The notes below the pieces were generated by a model. It was not told the DNA's origin, did not search any database, and was given only the letters and a program-made list of their open reading frames with translations. The position numbers and the translations under genes are program-made. A stretch of DNA of 64,000 nucleotides from Planctomycetota bacterium. GTDB lineage: Bacteria > Planctomycetota > E44-bin39. Below are positions 9,328-19,618 of this stretch, one piece after another. Numbering within the stretch: position 1 is the stretch's first letter; every line of letters starts with the position of its first letter. The stretch lies in contig SOJX01000087.1 of assembly GCA_004376375.1 (NCBI GenBank), forward strand, positions 81,238 to 145,237, in the 5' to 3' direction.

Positions 9328-10086
9328 TCAGCCTGTGTATGCTTCGATAACTTTAGCATCATTCCTGACTTCACCAGGCGTGCCTTCACAAATCTTGGTT
9401 CCCGCATCCATGAAAATAATTCGATCACATATTTGCATAACGACATCTAGGTTATGCTCAATCAGGATAACTGATTTCTTCTTTTGAGGTAGATCACGAA
9501 TAATTCCAAGGATATTATCAATCATTTCAGGTGCTATCCCAGCTACCGGTTCATCAAGTAGCACAAGATCTCCCTTAGCTGCGAGGCAACAGACAAGGCT
9601 TAACAATTTCTGTTGACCATAAGATAGGTTTTCTGCTTGGTCATTTGCTTTCTCTGCAAGGCCAGCCTCGGCCAGAAGTATAAGTGCTTCATTTCGAATG
9701 GCGGCTTCTTGCTTTTTGCTTTGCTTCCATCTAAAGAAAAGGTTTGCTAAGTGCTCTCCCGGTTGGTTCTCGAATGATAATAGGACATTTTCAAGTACAC
9801 TTAATTGCCGAATAAGCCGGAGATCTTGAAATGTCCTGGCGATTCCAGCACGGGCAATTTTATGCGGAGACATCCTGACAATACTCATTCCTTTAAAAGT
9901 AATATTTCCGCGCTCAGGAGTCGTAAATCCGCTAATGATGTTAAGGAGGGTTGTCTTACCTGCCCCGTTGGGACCGATGAGCCCAAGTATTTGGCCCTGT
10001 GAAAGCGAGCATGAAAAATCCGCAAGAGCTCTAATGCCATCAAAGTTTTTTTCGAGTCCTTGGATTATTAGTAATTCTTCACTCAT
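9328..10086 (-). CDS. livG: branched-chain amino acid ABC transporter ATP-binding protein LivG
   Basis: 'GLIGPNGAGKTT', 'LSYGQQKLL', 'LVLLDEPVAG'. 4-nt overlap with livM. Confidence 0.85.
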   Translation of the reverse strand: MSEELLIIQGLEKNFDGIRALADFSCSLSQGQILGLIGPNGAGKTTLLNIISGFTTPERGNITFKGMSIVRMSPHKIARAGIARTFQDLRLIRQLSVLENVLLSFENQPGEHLANLFFRWKQSKKQEAAIRNEALILLAEAGLAEKANDQAENLSYGQQKLLSLVCCLAAKGDLVLLDEPVAGIAPEMIDNILGIIRDLPQKKKSVILIEHNLDVVMQICDRIIFMDAGTKICEGTPGEVRNDAKVIEAYTG

Positions 10087-10970
10087 TTCCTCGCCTCCCT
10101 ATTCTGGAAAGCGTATTTGCCTAAAAATCCACGTGGTCGCCATATCATAAACGTTACTAGAAGTCCGCCATAAAGAATTTGCCGGAGATTTGCCGCAATT
10201 GAATTGGGCAATCCAACAAAACGAAGTATCTCTGGCAATGTAACAAGGACAAGCGCACCGATAACCGGCCCCCAGGTACTTCCCGCTCCTCCAATTATTA
10301 CAATACATATGATAAATATAGATTCCATCACAGTAAAACTGGTCGGATTGATGTAGCTTACATAATAGGCATACAAAGAACCTGCAAGCGCTGCTATGCC
10401 AGCTCCTAATGTAAATATCAGGATTTTAAAAGTTTCTACACTTTTACCTTTGGATTGCGTAAAAATTTCATCCTCTCGAATTGCCTTTAACACTCGTCCA
10501 AATGGCGAATTGCCAATACGGTGTCCTCCCCAAATAATAATGGCACAAATTCCGCCAACAATAAGGAGAAATCCAATACTTGATGTGACTCTCCATCCCA
10601 AAATAACCGGTTGGGGAATTCCCGGAATACCGTCTGGACCTCCTGTGAATCCTACCCAATTGTTTAATATGCTGAAAGTTATGACTTGGAACGCAAATGT
10701 GGCAATGACAAAATAATCACCCTTGATTCGAAGTGTTGAAACTCCAATTAAGATTCCGAAAAACATTGAAAAGATTATTGAGCATAGTACGGTAACCCCA
10801 AAGGCACAGTTTAATTTAATGGCCATGATTGCGGCAACATATGCTCCAATACCGTAAAATGCAGCATGAGCCATTGAAAGCAGGCCTGTATATCCTACAA
10901 CCATGTTTAGGGATACGGACAGAATAATATAGATGCCGATAAGTATTAATAAATGAAATACGTATTCCAT
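10083..10970 (-). CDS. livM: branched-chain amino acid ABC transporter permease LivM
   Basis: Polytopic membrane protein in liv operon order. Confidence 0.75.
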   Translation of the reverse strand: MEYVFHLLILIGIYIILSVSLNMVVGYTGLLSMAHAAFYGIGAYVAAIMAIKLNCAFGVTVLCSIIFSMFFGILIGVSTLRIKGDYFVIATFAFQVITFSILNNWVGFTGGPDGIPGIPQPVILGWRVTSSIGFLLIVGGICAIIIWGGHRIGNSPFGRVLKAIREDEIFTQSKGKSVETFKILIFTLGAGIAALAGSLYAYYVSYINPTSFTVMESIFIICIVIIGGAGSTWGPVIGALVLVTLPEILRFVGLPNSIAANLRQILYGGLLVTFMIWRPRGFLGKYAFQNREARK

Positions 10971-10982
10971 CCAATCCCCAGG

Positions 10983-11861
10983 TTAAATCGTCGCCTTTTT
11001 TGTGTTTTTTCCTAGAATTCCTTGTGGCTTCACAATCAGGAATCCCAGCAGAATACCAAAAGCGATTGCATCCTGCCATTCAGCTCCGAACTTCCATATA
11101 CCAAGTTGCTGTGCTAATCCCAGTAGTAAACCACCAAGAACAATTCCGGAGACATTAGCCAAGCCGCCTATAATGGCTACTACGAGTCCCATCATGAGCG
11201 CTGTCAGCCCCATTGTAGGTGTCATTCCTACATCAAAAGATAATAAAATACCGGCCAAGCCACAAATTGCCGAACCTATCGCGAAAGCCCATATAATTAT
11301 TCTACTGCTTTCGATACCTGAAATTGCAGCAAGTTCTGGATCACTTGATACTGCTCGAATCGCTTTTCCAGTTCTTGTTATTTTTAGAAACAACACCAAC
11401 AAGAGCAATAAAATGATAGTAGTGCAAATGGTAAGTCCCTGGATAAAGGTTATTCTTGCCCCAAATAGATTAAATCCTTCCGTGATTAAATTACTTCTGA
11501 TAATCTTTGTGTCGTCTCCAAATGCTATAGATATAATATTTTGCAATACGATATAAATTCCAAGAGAAACAAGTAGCATTACAAGGGGTGGGGTAGATTT
11601 GGCCCTGAGCGAACGATAAATCGTTAATTCTATTAAGCATCCTAATAGTGCTGATGCAAATATTGCGGTTGGCACGGCAATAAGAAATGGAAAGCTTAAT
11701 TCCATTCGAAGGAAGAATACAAAATATGCTCCTGCTGTGAAAATAACTGCATGTGTAAAATGGAAAAACCGGACAACACGAAATATTATTGTGAAGCTAA
11801 CAGCGATTAGGATATATATGCTTGCCGATATGAAAGCATTCAGGATAAGTTGGGTAAGCAT
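10983..11861 (-). CDS. livH: branched-chain amino acid ABC transporter permease LivH
   Basis: Polytopic membrane permease with LivH-like spacing of hydrophobic segments. Confidence 0.75.
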   Translation of the reverse strand: MLTQLILNAFISASIYILIAVSFTIIFRVVRFFHFTHAVIFTAGAYFVFFLRMELSFPFLIAVPTAIFASALLGCLIELTIYRSLRAKSTPPLVMLLVSLGIYIVLQNIISIAFGDDTKIIRSNLITEGFNLFGARITFIQGLTICTTIILLLLLVLFLKITRTGKAIRAVSSDPELAAISGIESSRIIIWAFAIGSAICGLAGILLSFDVGMTPTMGLTALMMGLVVAIIGGLANVSGIVLGGLLLGLAQQLGIWKFGAEWQDAIAFGILLGFLIVKPQGILGKNTKKATI

Positions 11862-13450
11862 ATTCGCCCCGGTCGTGAGGTTTCGTCTTTATTTGGCTTA
11901 ATTGTATGGTTATTCCAATGACCAATTACTCGGTAAAGCGGATGTAAAAAGCGAGGAACTGTTTCCCACAGCGCTTCCTGGCATTCAGCCTCAAGCTCTC
12001 CAACTTCTTCCGATGAAAGCACATTCTCCCTCCCAGGCAAATAGGGTACTGACATTGACCAGCCTGAAGCCTTATTGGGAACTGGTGTAACGCCGGGGAC
12101 TTTAGTTCCTCGATCTAATCGAAAAGCAACTAAATCAGCAGTGTCAACTAGTGGTTCGTGTTCGATAAGAAATTCTACAGTGTTCTCAGCATCTTTACGT
12201 GAAGTCCCTGGATAACCAACCATACAGAAAAGGTGTACCATAATTCCGGCATCATAGCAGGCTTTAAGAATACGTAGGGGATTTCCATTATCGCATTTAC
12301 CTAATAAGTTACGATTTGCGCTCGGTGCCTGCTCCAGCCCGAAATAGAGCTTCCGTAACCCACAAGAATGTAATTCTTCAAGAAACGATAACTTTTCCCA
12401 GTTTGGTTCCAGGCGTGCATATGCCTCCCATTCAATGTCCAGATGTGACTTGCTCAGCGATTTGCATAAACTGTCTGCTTTACTAGGCATAAGTGCTTCA
12501 TCAACGAATTTGATCCTTTGTATGGAAGTATCTCTGACAATTTGTGTAAGTTGAGATACTACAAATTCAGCAGGAGCAGAACCTCCATAGCCATTTGGGG
12601 ACCATCCGGCAGGTATTGCGCAAAAATGACACTTGCCCCAATAACAACCTCGCGTGGAGGCATATGGAATAACAGGTATGCCAATATATTTATTGAAATC
12701 TATTCCATCAAATGATGGGATGGGCCAGTTTTCATAAGGGATTAATTCATCACCACTTTCGTTAGATAAAACTGAGCGAGCTTTTTTCACACCAAACTTA
12801 TTCACAGCATTTACAGCTTTGGCAAAAGCCATTTCACCTTGAAAAGATACTATTTGGTCAACTAACCCGGATATGGTGGAAAAAGCTAATGAGTTTCTTA
12901 TACGAGTAACAACGTTACCTCCAAGCAATAAAATGCAGCCTGGTAAGCATTCCCGCACTTTTGTTAGAAGCTCAATTGCTGGAATAATCTGTTGCTCAGA
13001 TGCGATTGTAACCCCAATTATTGATGGTGCCACATCAACCAGTTGCGGGAGAACAATTTCATCAAACATATCTGAAAATACTGTTCCATTTTCCAAGGCA
13101 CGCACAATCTCGTTGGGAGGCAATGAATAGTAATCAGAGAAGCAATATCCTGATAATAAGCGGAATTCGGAATTATTACCCAAAGAACTTCCAACATTTT
13201 TTAACTCATCTTCCCATTTGAAGTATAACTCGTCTAGAGCTTCATAATTATTTTGCGATGAAGCTTCGATGATTCTATCGTTCTTTGGAGGCGATGAATA
13301 CGTCTGGTAGAACAATTGATTTAAATCCCAAGCCTCAACCGGGCAGCTTATGCTGCTTACAGATCCTGCTAGCAAAGGTAAAGCAAGATGAGGCCCAGGA
13401 GTGCAAAAACTCCAATTAGGAGGAAATAGTAGTATCGCCTTATTACGCAT
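11840..13450 (-). CDS. B12-binding-domain radical SAM / Fe-S oxidoreductase family protein
   Basis: N-terminal 'AILLFPPNW' B12-rSAM-like start. Cys cluster 'ASTRGCYWGKCHFCAIP'. Embedded between livK and livH, with a 22-nt overlap on livH. Confidence 0.55.
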   Translation of the reverse strand: MRNKAILLFPPNWSFCTPGPHLALPLLAGSVSSISCPVEAWDLNQLFYQTYSSPPKNDRIIEASSQNNYEALDELYFKWEDELKNVGSSLGNNSEFRLLSGYCFSDYYSLPPNEIVRALENGTVFSDMFDEIVLPQLVDVAPSIIGVTIASEQQIIPAIELLTKVRECLPGCILLLGGNVVTRIRNSLAFSTISGLVDQIVSFQGEMAFAKAVNAVNKFGVKKARSVLSNESGDELIPYENWPIPSFDGIDFNKYIGIPVIPYASTRGCYWGKCHFCAIPAGWSPNGYGGSAPAEFVVSQLTQIVRDTSIQRIKFVDEALMPSKADSLCKSLSKSHLDIEWEAYARLEPNWEKLSFLEELHSCGLRKLYFGLEQAPSANRNLLGKCDNGNPLRILKACYDAGIMVHLFCMVGYPGTSRKDAENTVEFLIEHEPLVDTADLVAFRLDRGTKVPGVTPVPNKASGWSMSVPYLPGRENVLSSEEVGELEAECQEALWETVPRFLHPLYRVIGHWNNHTIKPNKDETSRPGRICLPNLS

Positions 13451-13451
13451 A

Positions 13452-14744
13452 TTATTCTTCTCTACATATACAAAAATCCGGTTTCCCAGTCGTCCAAGCT
13501 TCTTTCACAAGAGGAAGTAGGCCAGGAGGATCCCCTTCTTCTTTAAGTTCATATTCCGGCAGAAAACGCATGCCGTTAACATCACGGCTTTCGTCATCAA
13601 TAAAAACCATGCCAAATCCAGATGTTTCTGAAAGCCTTACAATGAAAATATCATCGTAGTGGCGCAATCTTTCTGGTAGAGAATCAAGGTAGCGGATAAA
13701 AACACCGCCGTCTCCAGGGCTTGGGTCTTCAGAATGATCATGAAATGATTCATGAAAATGATCAATAAGTCGAGTGCCCTGTGTTTTATCCATGTCCTCG
13801 TCTGCATATTTACCAATTAAATAGATATGCGGTTGAAGTTCTTTGGGCAAAGATTGATAATTAAATGTAGAATTAATTATATGGTGTATATCAGGGTGCC
13901 ATTCAATATAATCGTATTGCTCCGCTAGCTCTTTAGCCTTTGGTATTGTTAAGGCATTAGTATCAAATAAAAAATAATCTTTGGCATCCTCAATAGTGGT
14001 TTGAGATAAAATATGAGCAACCAAGCGATAAAGCTTTATTGGTTCTTCCGCCCCCTTCATTTCTCTAATGGTGCTCTTGTAATTTTCCCACCATGGAAAA
14101 GTAATGTTACCTGAATAGGTATTTCCATTATCAATCCAATCCACAGGGAATGGTATGTACCAGTTCCAGATGGGCCTTTTTAGAATAGTCCAGACTTGGG
14201 GGTAAGGCTTCTCGCAATTAAGCTCTCTTATCAAATCTAAAACCGATGAGACCGAATGCGCATATCCCTGAAAATTACAAAATATCACCGGGAATTCTTT
14301 TCTTCCTTGTTCACAATGTAATTCAATTACGTTTTTATCCATTAAGCCCTGGATTGCAGCGGCTGTTAATTTGTTCCATTGCCATCGATTAGGGCTAAAA
14401 AATTTTCCTGGGCGTGCCACTTTTATGGCGCGGTTTAGATGATTAGAAAACTCATGTTGTCCCTCATGACGCGCCGTACGTACTTTTGGATGCAAAGGCA
14501 GTCGCTGAAGTAGCTGAGCTAATATCCATAGAACGAGATATACAGCCAATGCCGATATAAATAAAAAAAAGACCGCTCCCACAAGGGTTTTTAAATCCAA
14601 CAACTTTCCCCAAAAACCAACACCCAAGTCGCGGTACTCTTTAAACTCATCATAAAAAAATACGATAGCGCCCATTACAGTAATAAAACCGCTCACAATT
14701 TGTATGCGGTATGCCTTGATAAAATCTTTGAAATTTTTGCCCAT
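13452..14744 (-). CDS. hypothetical membrane-anchored protein (two N-terminal TM helices)
   Basis: Long intact ORF, tightly packed 2 nt from the rSAM gene. No motif recognised. Confidence 0.4.
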   Translation of the reverse strand: MGKNFKDFIKAYRIQIVSGFITVMGAIVFFYDEFKEYRDLGVGFWGKLLDLKTLVGAVFFLFISALAVYLVLWILAQLLQRLPLHPKVRTARHEGQHEFSNHLNRAIKVARPGKFFSPNRWQWNKLTAAAIQGLMDKNVIELHCEQGRKEFPVIFCNFQGYAHSVSSVLDLIRELNCEKPYPQVWTILKRPIWNWYIPFPVDWIDNGNTYSGNITFPWWENYKSTIREMKGAEEPIKLYRLVAHILSQTTIEDAKDYFLFDTNALTIPKAKELAEQYDYIEWHPDIHHIINSTFNYQSLPKELQPHIYLIGKYADEDMDKTQGTRLIDHFHESFHDHSEDPSPGDGGVFIRYLDSLPERLRHYDDIFIVRLSETSGFGMVFIDDESRDVNGMRFLPEYELKEEGDPPGLLPLVKEAWTTGKPDFCICREE

Positions 14745-14996
14745 TAATTATACCTGAAGGCTATTCAACTCAGTAATGCAAACTTAGAGTTCACGAGCCG
14801 CCTCAGGACGGCGCTTTGTCTTTTGGAATGGGCCAGTTGGTTTTATTCTGGCGAGGATATTTCCATTATGGTTAGAAGCTATATCATTGCTCTCGGGCGC
14901 CTTAATTTCCAAATGGTGCTTTTTTGATATGTTAGAACGTGCTCGCAAGAGTGCCGACCGCTTGGTCATTCAAGTTCTCCTGATTATGTTATGGTC

Positions 14997-16145
14997 CTAC
15001 TTCTTTTCCTGAAGAGGAGTAAATTCCCCGTTTTTGACGCGGTATATTGTAAAAGGTTTTTGCACATCGCCAAAGCTATCGAATTCCGTTATACCTGTTG
15101 GGCCTTCGTATTTCAGTTTCAAAAGAGCTTTTTGGATGCTTGGCCCATCTTTTTTTGATGCAGCAGACAGGGCCTTAGCGAGGACATGTGTGGCATCATA
15201 AAAGAGTCCGGAGTAAACTCCAGGTTCTTCGCCATATTTCTTCTTGTATGCTTCTTTAAATTTCGCAACTGCTGGATTTGAGGATTCATCACCCCATCCA
15301 ATTGTTACCCAATATGATCCTTCCGCAGCATTTCCTGCAATCTTAAATAATTGAGGATCAAATCCGCCATCAGTTCCCATAATTACGCTGGAAATACCTA
15401 ATTCTTTTGATTGACGAAGCAATGTACCCCCTTCGGCGTAATGAACAGCTGCAAATATGAAGTCAGGAGCCGAGGCTTTTACCTTTGCTAATTGCGCTCT
15501 AATGTCCTTTGCGTCGGGAGCTACACCTTCCATACCGACAATCGATCCGCCAAGTTCCTTAAAGGCCTTTTCAAATTTATCACGCAGTGTAACTCCGTAA
15601 TCAACATTTCTGTATAAAATATAAGATGTCTTGAGGCCTAATTTTTTATACGCAAAATTAGCTATCGTCCTTGCCTGTTCGTCATTACTTGGACAAACTC
15701 GGAATACATATTCACCAGCGTTTCTAATATTATCACTGGTTGCAGTTCCTGTTAATAATACGACTTTTAACTTTTCAGCTGTGGGCGCGCATGCAAGAAC
15801 ATTCGAGGAATAAAATGGGCCGAGAATTGCGGGAACTTTGTCTATTGAAGCAAGTTTCTTAAACGCCGATAGTGCATCTTTGGGATTGCCTTTATCATCT
15901 TCATATGTAACCGTGAGTTTTTTGCCATCAATCCCGCCTTCAGCATTAATTTCTTCCAAGGCAAGATCAATTGCAGTTCGAGCCGCTTTTCCATAATTGG
16001 CTCCATCACCTGAAAAAGGAGATATTGCGCCGATTGTAATAGTTGTTTTTGATGTAGATAGAGTATTTATAATAAGAACGATAACAATAATGATAACTGC
16101 AACACCGCCGATAATTAGCCAGGTTAAGCGTCCTTTACTATTCAT
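14997..16145 (-). CDS. livK: branched-chain amino acid ABC transporter substrate-binding protein (LivK/LivJ family, type-1 periplasmic binding protein fold)
   Basis: Signal/TM 'LTWLIIGGVAVIIIVIVLI' followed by a periplasmic-binding-protein type-1-like sequence. Start placed at 'MNSKGRL'. Confidence 0.75.
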   Translation of the reverse strand: MNSKGRLTWLIIGGVAVIIIVIVLIINTLSTSKTTITIGAISPFSGDGANYGKAARTAIDLALEEINAEGGIDGKKLTVTYEDDKGNPKDALSAFKKLASIDKVPAILGPFYSSNVLACAPTAEKLKVVLLTGTATSDNIRNAGEYVFRVCPSNDEQARTIANFAYKKLGLKTSYILYRNVDYGVTLRDKFEKAFKELGGSIVGMEGVAPDAKDIRAQLAKVKASAPDFIFAAVHYAEGGTLLRQSKELGISSVIMGTDGGFDPQLFKIAGNAAEGSYWVTIGWGDESSNPAVAKFKEAYKKKYGEEPGVYSGLFYDATHVLAKALSAASKKDGPSIQKALLKLKYEGPTGITEFDSFGDVQKPFTIYRVKNGEFTPLQEKK

Positions 16146-17199
16146 ATCACATCTCCTTCCGCAAAGGAACTTTTCGTCTGTGCTGGTAGATATTTTCTTT
16201 GGATGAAGTGAAATATGGTGAGAAATCACCCATATTTCTCTCCATACTATTCTGGATAAAAGCCTCTACCACAAGCAAAGTTGGGCTAACCCCAAGCCAT
16301 ACAAAATTATATAAAATATGATATAAAGATGGTATGACCTTGTCAACTTATTTTCGGATAAGAAATTATACCCATTCAAGGTATTAACCATGGATTCTGG
16401 TTGGATTCCTTTTTGCACTAAACGCACAGAGGTCAAAGGCGAAAATTGCACGATATTGTTAATGAGAAAAGTTGAAAACCCGTGCATGAAACGCGAATCG
16501 TTCAATAAAGAACGTTGGCATCAAACGAGTTAGCATGCGTTATTCAATAGGGAAAGGTTTTGACGGGGTATATTCAAAAAGAAAAGTGCTTCTGAGTGGA
16601 GGCATTGACAGGCAATAAAACCGGGAATTTACGCTAACTCTATGCGCACCTTGGCTTCCAGCGTTCTAGCTTGACAACGATTTCGACGGGTGCTATATTT
16701 CCTTTTGATTGTGGCGAGTCGCCCCGACCCGATTGGACGGACAGCCCTTCGGCAAGAATGTCGAAGGGCTTTCTGTATTCAGGAACTACACTTACGCCAT
16801 CGAAGGTTAAGTTCAAACAGGTTGTTTGGAGTAACTGGCGTTTTTTGTGCGGATTAAACGTAACGAACCTTTCTGGAAGCGTTTGCGAAAGTTCAAACGC
16901 TTTCAGGCCTGTGTTGATGTGCTTGGCAAAATTCTTCTCGTGGGATTGCATACTGGCGGCACCTCTGCGAATGCTGAAACACCTGTCTTGGCGGGCTCAA
17001 TGAGAGCAGAACGCCACGCTGGAAGCGTGTCTACTACTTAAAGGGTAGTTTATGTCCAACAATTTTAGGGAACTCTGCTACGAGGGGGTTTTTTGCTTTG
17101 GACCGCGACCACGGAGAGTTTTATTCTCTTCTGAGGGGTCGACATAGCCGCCTTTATTCTGGGACTTCCCTGAAGGTTGCTGAAATGTATAATGAAAAG

Positions 17200-17532
17200 T
17201 TATTGCTCTACCGCTTCGATTGTCAGGGTTTCCCTGTTTCCGGCTTCATCGACGGCTTCAAGGGTAAATTCTTTCCTCTCTCTCATGTCGACGGTTTCGT
17301 CAAAGCTGTTACCGGATAACGAAACGGCAGTACTGTCCAGCGTTAGGGATACGGTTTCAGAAAGCTGATCAGTTACACTCCCTTCCACCCGGATAGAGTC
17401 TACGCTGATCTCAAATGCTTTTGGCATCGGGATAATCGGATACCTGGTCTTTTTCTTCCGGCTGCATCCGGAATACACAGGCAGCATTGCGGCCAAGAGA
17501 AGCAGCGTTATTATTTTCCACGTTGTTTTCAT
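17200..17532 (-). CDS. small lipoprotein, hypothetical
   Basis: 'MKTTWKIITLLLLAAMLPVYSGCS' lipobox-like signal. Confidence 0.4.
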   Translation of the reverse strand: MKTTWKIITLLLLAAMLPVYSGCSRKKKTRYPIIPMPKAFEISVDSIRVEGSVTDQLSETVSLTLDSTAVSLSGNSFDETVDMRERKEFTLEAVDEAGNRETLTIEAVEQ

Positions 17533-18677
17533 TACTTTGTGACTCTCACCTTCCGGGTTGCAGTATAACCGCTTGAGGATTTTGCCGTGATTTCAATTTC
17601 CGAACCTACGGGCGCCTCGATGGTCACCGAGTATTTACCGTCCGTTACCGGATGCTCCGTTCCGTTCACCATCACTGTCTTGACGGAGGAATCAGTAATA
17701 GATCCGCTGATTGTTACTCTTATTAATTCGATTACCGGCGCCTCCTGGTCGTCTGTAATTTCGCAGGAGGCAAAAGCTGCTCCGTCAACCGATTCGATTA
17801 TTACATAAAGGGTCGACTTTCCGTTATCAGGTAGATCACCTTCGCTTATTTGCGTTTGAATCTCAACGTCAGCATCGCATTTACCTTCGGCCAACTGCAG
17901 GCCCGTTCCTCTCGCGCCGTTTCCTCCAAGCTCGACGTAGAAGTCGGCATTCTTGTTTGCCGTCCATGAAATCGTCGCATCCGCTCCAATCGAAATCGAA
18001 GCCGGAATAACGGAATTAATAGTAATCAACGGGGTCAGGACGCAGGTCGTCGTCGTCTGATGCGACTGGCTGTCTCGCCCGTTTGTCGAAGGCCAGTCGT
18101 CTTCAGCGCCTGCTCCGTTCTGGTTTTTCACGATTACCGTATTGTCAGAGAATGCGTGGTCCGATTCGCCCGCAGGCACGCTCACTTCAAGGAAGAAATG
18201 CACGCTTTCACCCGGATCGAGCGTCACGACCGGAGGCAACAGGTCGGTTTCCCCGGGCTGGTGTATCCCGTCGGCGGCAGTTCCGTTTCCCATGCCATTG
18301 TCATTGATAAGGGCCAGTGGCCAGGGTCCGCCGCCGCTGTTGAGTGCCTCGATTGAAACCTGGTCCGCACAGTTTGCGTTGTTGGTAATTGCATACGGGT
18401 AATAAACTTTTTCATCCGGCGGTGTCGTTATATCCACCGGCTCAGGCAGAACAGAGAGATCGAAACCTGAAGCGACTGTCGTCGTTATGGTATTTGAGAA
18501 AGCAGCACGAGAGGCAGTTCCGCTTCTATAGGTGACGATGAAATCCCCCGGCATGTCGGCAATGCCGGGAATACCCCTGTCACCGCCGAATTCTATCTGC
18601 GTGCCGGAGCCGGTACCCGCAGCAAATGCCACGGATAGCACCACGAGTGGCGCAAGTAGTATAAAGACTCTTCGCAT
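17532..18677 (-). CDS. secreted hypothetical protein with Ig-like/beta-sandwich repeats
   Basis: Signal peptide 'MRRVFILLAPLVVLSVAFAAG'. Thr/Gly-rich beta-strand repeats. Confidence 0.45.
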   Translation of the reverse strand: MRRVFILLAPLVVLSVAFAAGTGSGTQIEFGGDRGIPGIADMPGDFIVTYRSGTASRAAFSNTITTTVASGFDLSVLPEPVDITTPPDEKVYYPYAITNNANCADQVSIEALNSGGGPWPLALINDNGMGNGTAADGIHQPGETDLLPPVVTLDPGESVHFFLEVSVPAGESDHAFSDNTVIVKNQNGAGAEDDWPSTNGRDSQSHQTTTTCVLTPLITINSVIPASISIGADATISWTANKNADFYVELGGNGARGTGLQLAEGKCDADVEIQTQISEGDLPDNGKSTLYVIIESVDGAAFASCEITDDQEAPVIELIRVTISGSITDSSVKTVMVNGTEHPVTDGKYSVTIEAPVGSEIEITAKSSSGYTATRKVRVTK

Positions 18678-18714
18678 GTTTTTAGTAACGTCCTCGCAGA
18701 CCTCGGAACCGTTT

Positions 18715-19593
18715 CTACTTAATCGTTACCATAAATGTGAACGAACCTGAAACACTGGCCATCAGGTTATCGTTCAATACGAACTTGATCCGCATGACCA
18801 GCGCAAGCGGATCCGGGACAACAGTAGTCCAGTCGCTGTCTCCGGTCGTCAGTTCAGAATAATATACCGTATAGGCAACGCCTGATACGAAACTAATAGT
18901 ACCTTCAAACACGGTGTTTGCGGGTATCGCAAAGGTCAATTCCACGCTGCTGGCGTTCGCGCCACCCGTGTTCGAATAACTCGCCGTATATGTGAGGTCT
19001 TCATACGGTTTGGCGGTGGCTTTGTCGACGGCTACTGCGAGTCCGACATCCGGAGCCAGAGCAGTCGTAACTATCGGCGGACGCGCAAGAGTATCGTTGC
19101 CGGCGGCCGGCCAGTTATCTTCGGTCCCGGCGCCTCCCTGGTTTCTAATAGTCAGGGTGAAGCTGTCAGTTTCTCCATCGGCAGCCCCCAGAGGAACAGT
19201 CACGGTTACATCAAGCGTGAATTCGGCATCGGCAGCCAAATCGCCTGTGTAATCCGCGCTCAACGCGGTGGTCCACGCATTACCGGTGATTGTAAAGGTC
19301 AGGTTATCCAGGCAATTCGAGACGTTCTTCACCTTGAATGTATAGATCACATTCGTACCATGAATTCCTGAATCCGAAGCAGGATTCAGCGTCATTTGCA
19401 TCGCGTATGCAGCTTCCACCGTCGTTGTGGCAGCTCCGCTGTCTTTCGTCCCGCCGCTCCACGTGCCGGAACCGTTTCCGGTTATTTCCGTTCCGGAAGG
19501 AGTGCCGGCTGCAAAAGCTCCCTGGGCCCCCAGAATGATAACCGCGACGCACAGAACCGACTGTACTGCCTTGAGAATGTGCTGCTTTCCCAT
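18715..19593 (-). CDS. secreted protein with DUF11-like conserved repeat
   Basis: Signal peptide. 'TYTFKVKNVSN...LTFTITGNA' DUF11-like blocks. Confidence 0.45.
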   Translation of the reverse strand: MGKQHILKAVQSVLCVAVIILGAQGAFAAGTPSGTEITGNGSGTWSGGTKDSGAATTTVEAAYAMQMTLNPASDSGIHGTNVIYTFKVKNVSNCLDNLTFTITGNAWTTALSADYTGDLAADAEFTLDVTVTVPLGAADGETDSFTLTIRNQGGAGTEDNWPAAGNDTLARPPIVTTALAPDVGLAVAVDKATAKPYEDLTYTASYSNTGGANASSVELTFAIPANTVFEGTISFVSGVAYTVYYSELTTGDSDWTTVVPDPLALVMRIKFVLNDNLMASVSGSFTFMVTIK

Positions 19594-19618
19594 TTTTCTT
19601 TCCTTTCTAAAAAGAAGC

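Noticed and set aside
14784-14969. 61-aa ORF between livK and the membrane protein gene
   Set aside because: Short, basic, no RBS-like context. Probably intergenic.
16640-17003. Overlapping 103-aa (minus) and 110-aa (plus) ORFs in the 900-bp spacer upstream of livK
   Set aside because: No motifs, mutually exclusive, and located in the AT/GC transition zone. Cannot be distinguished from noncoding sequence by eye.
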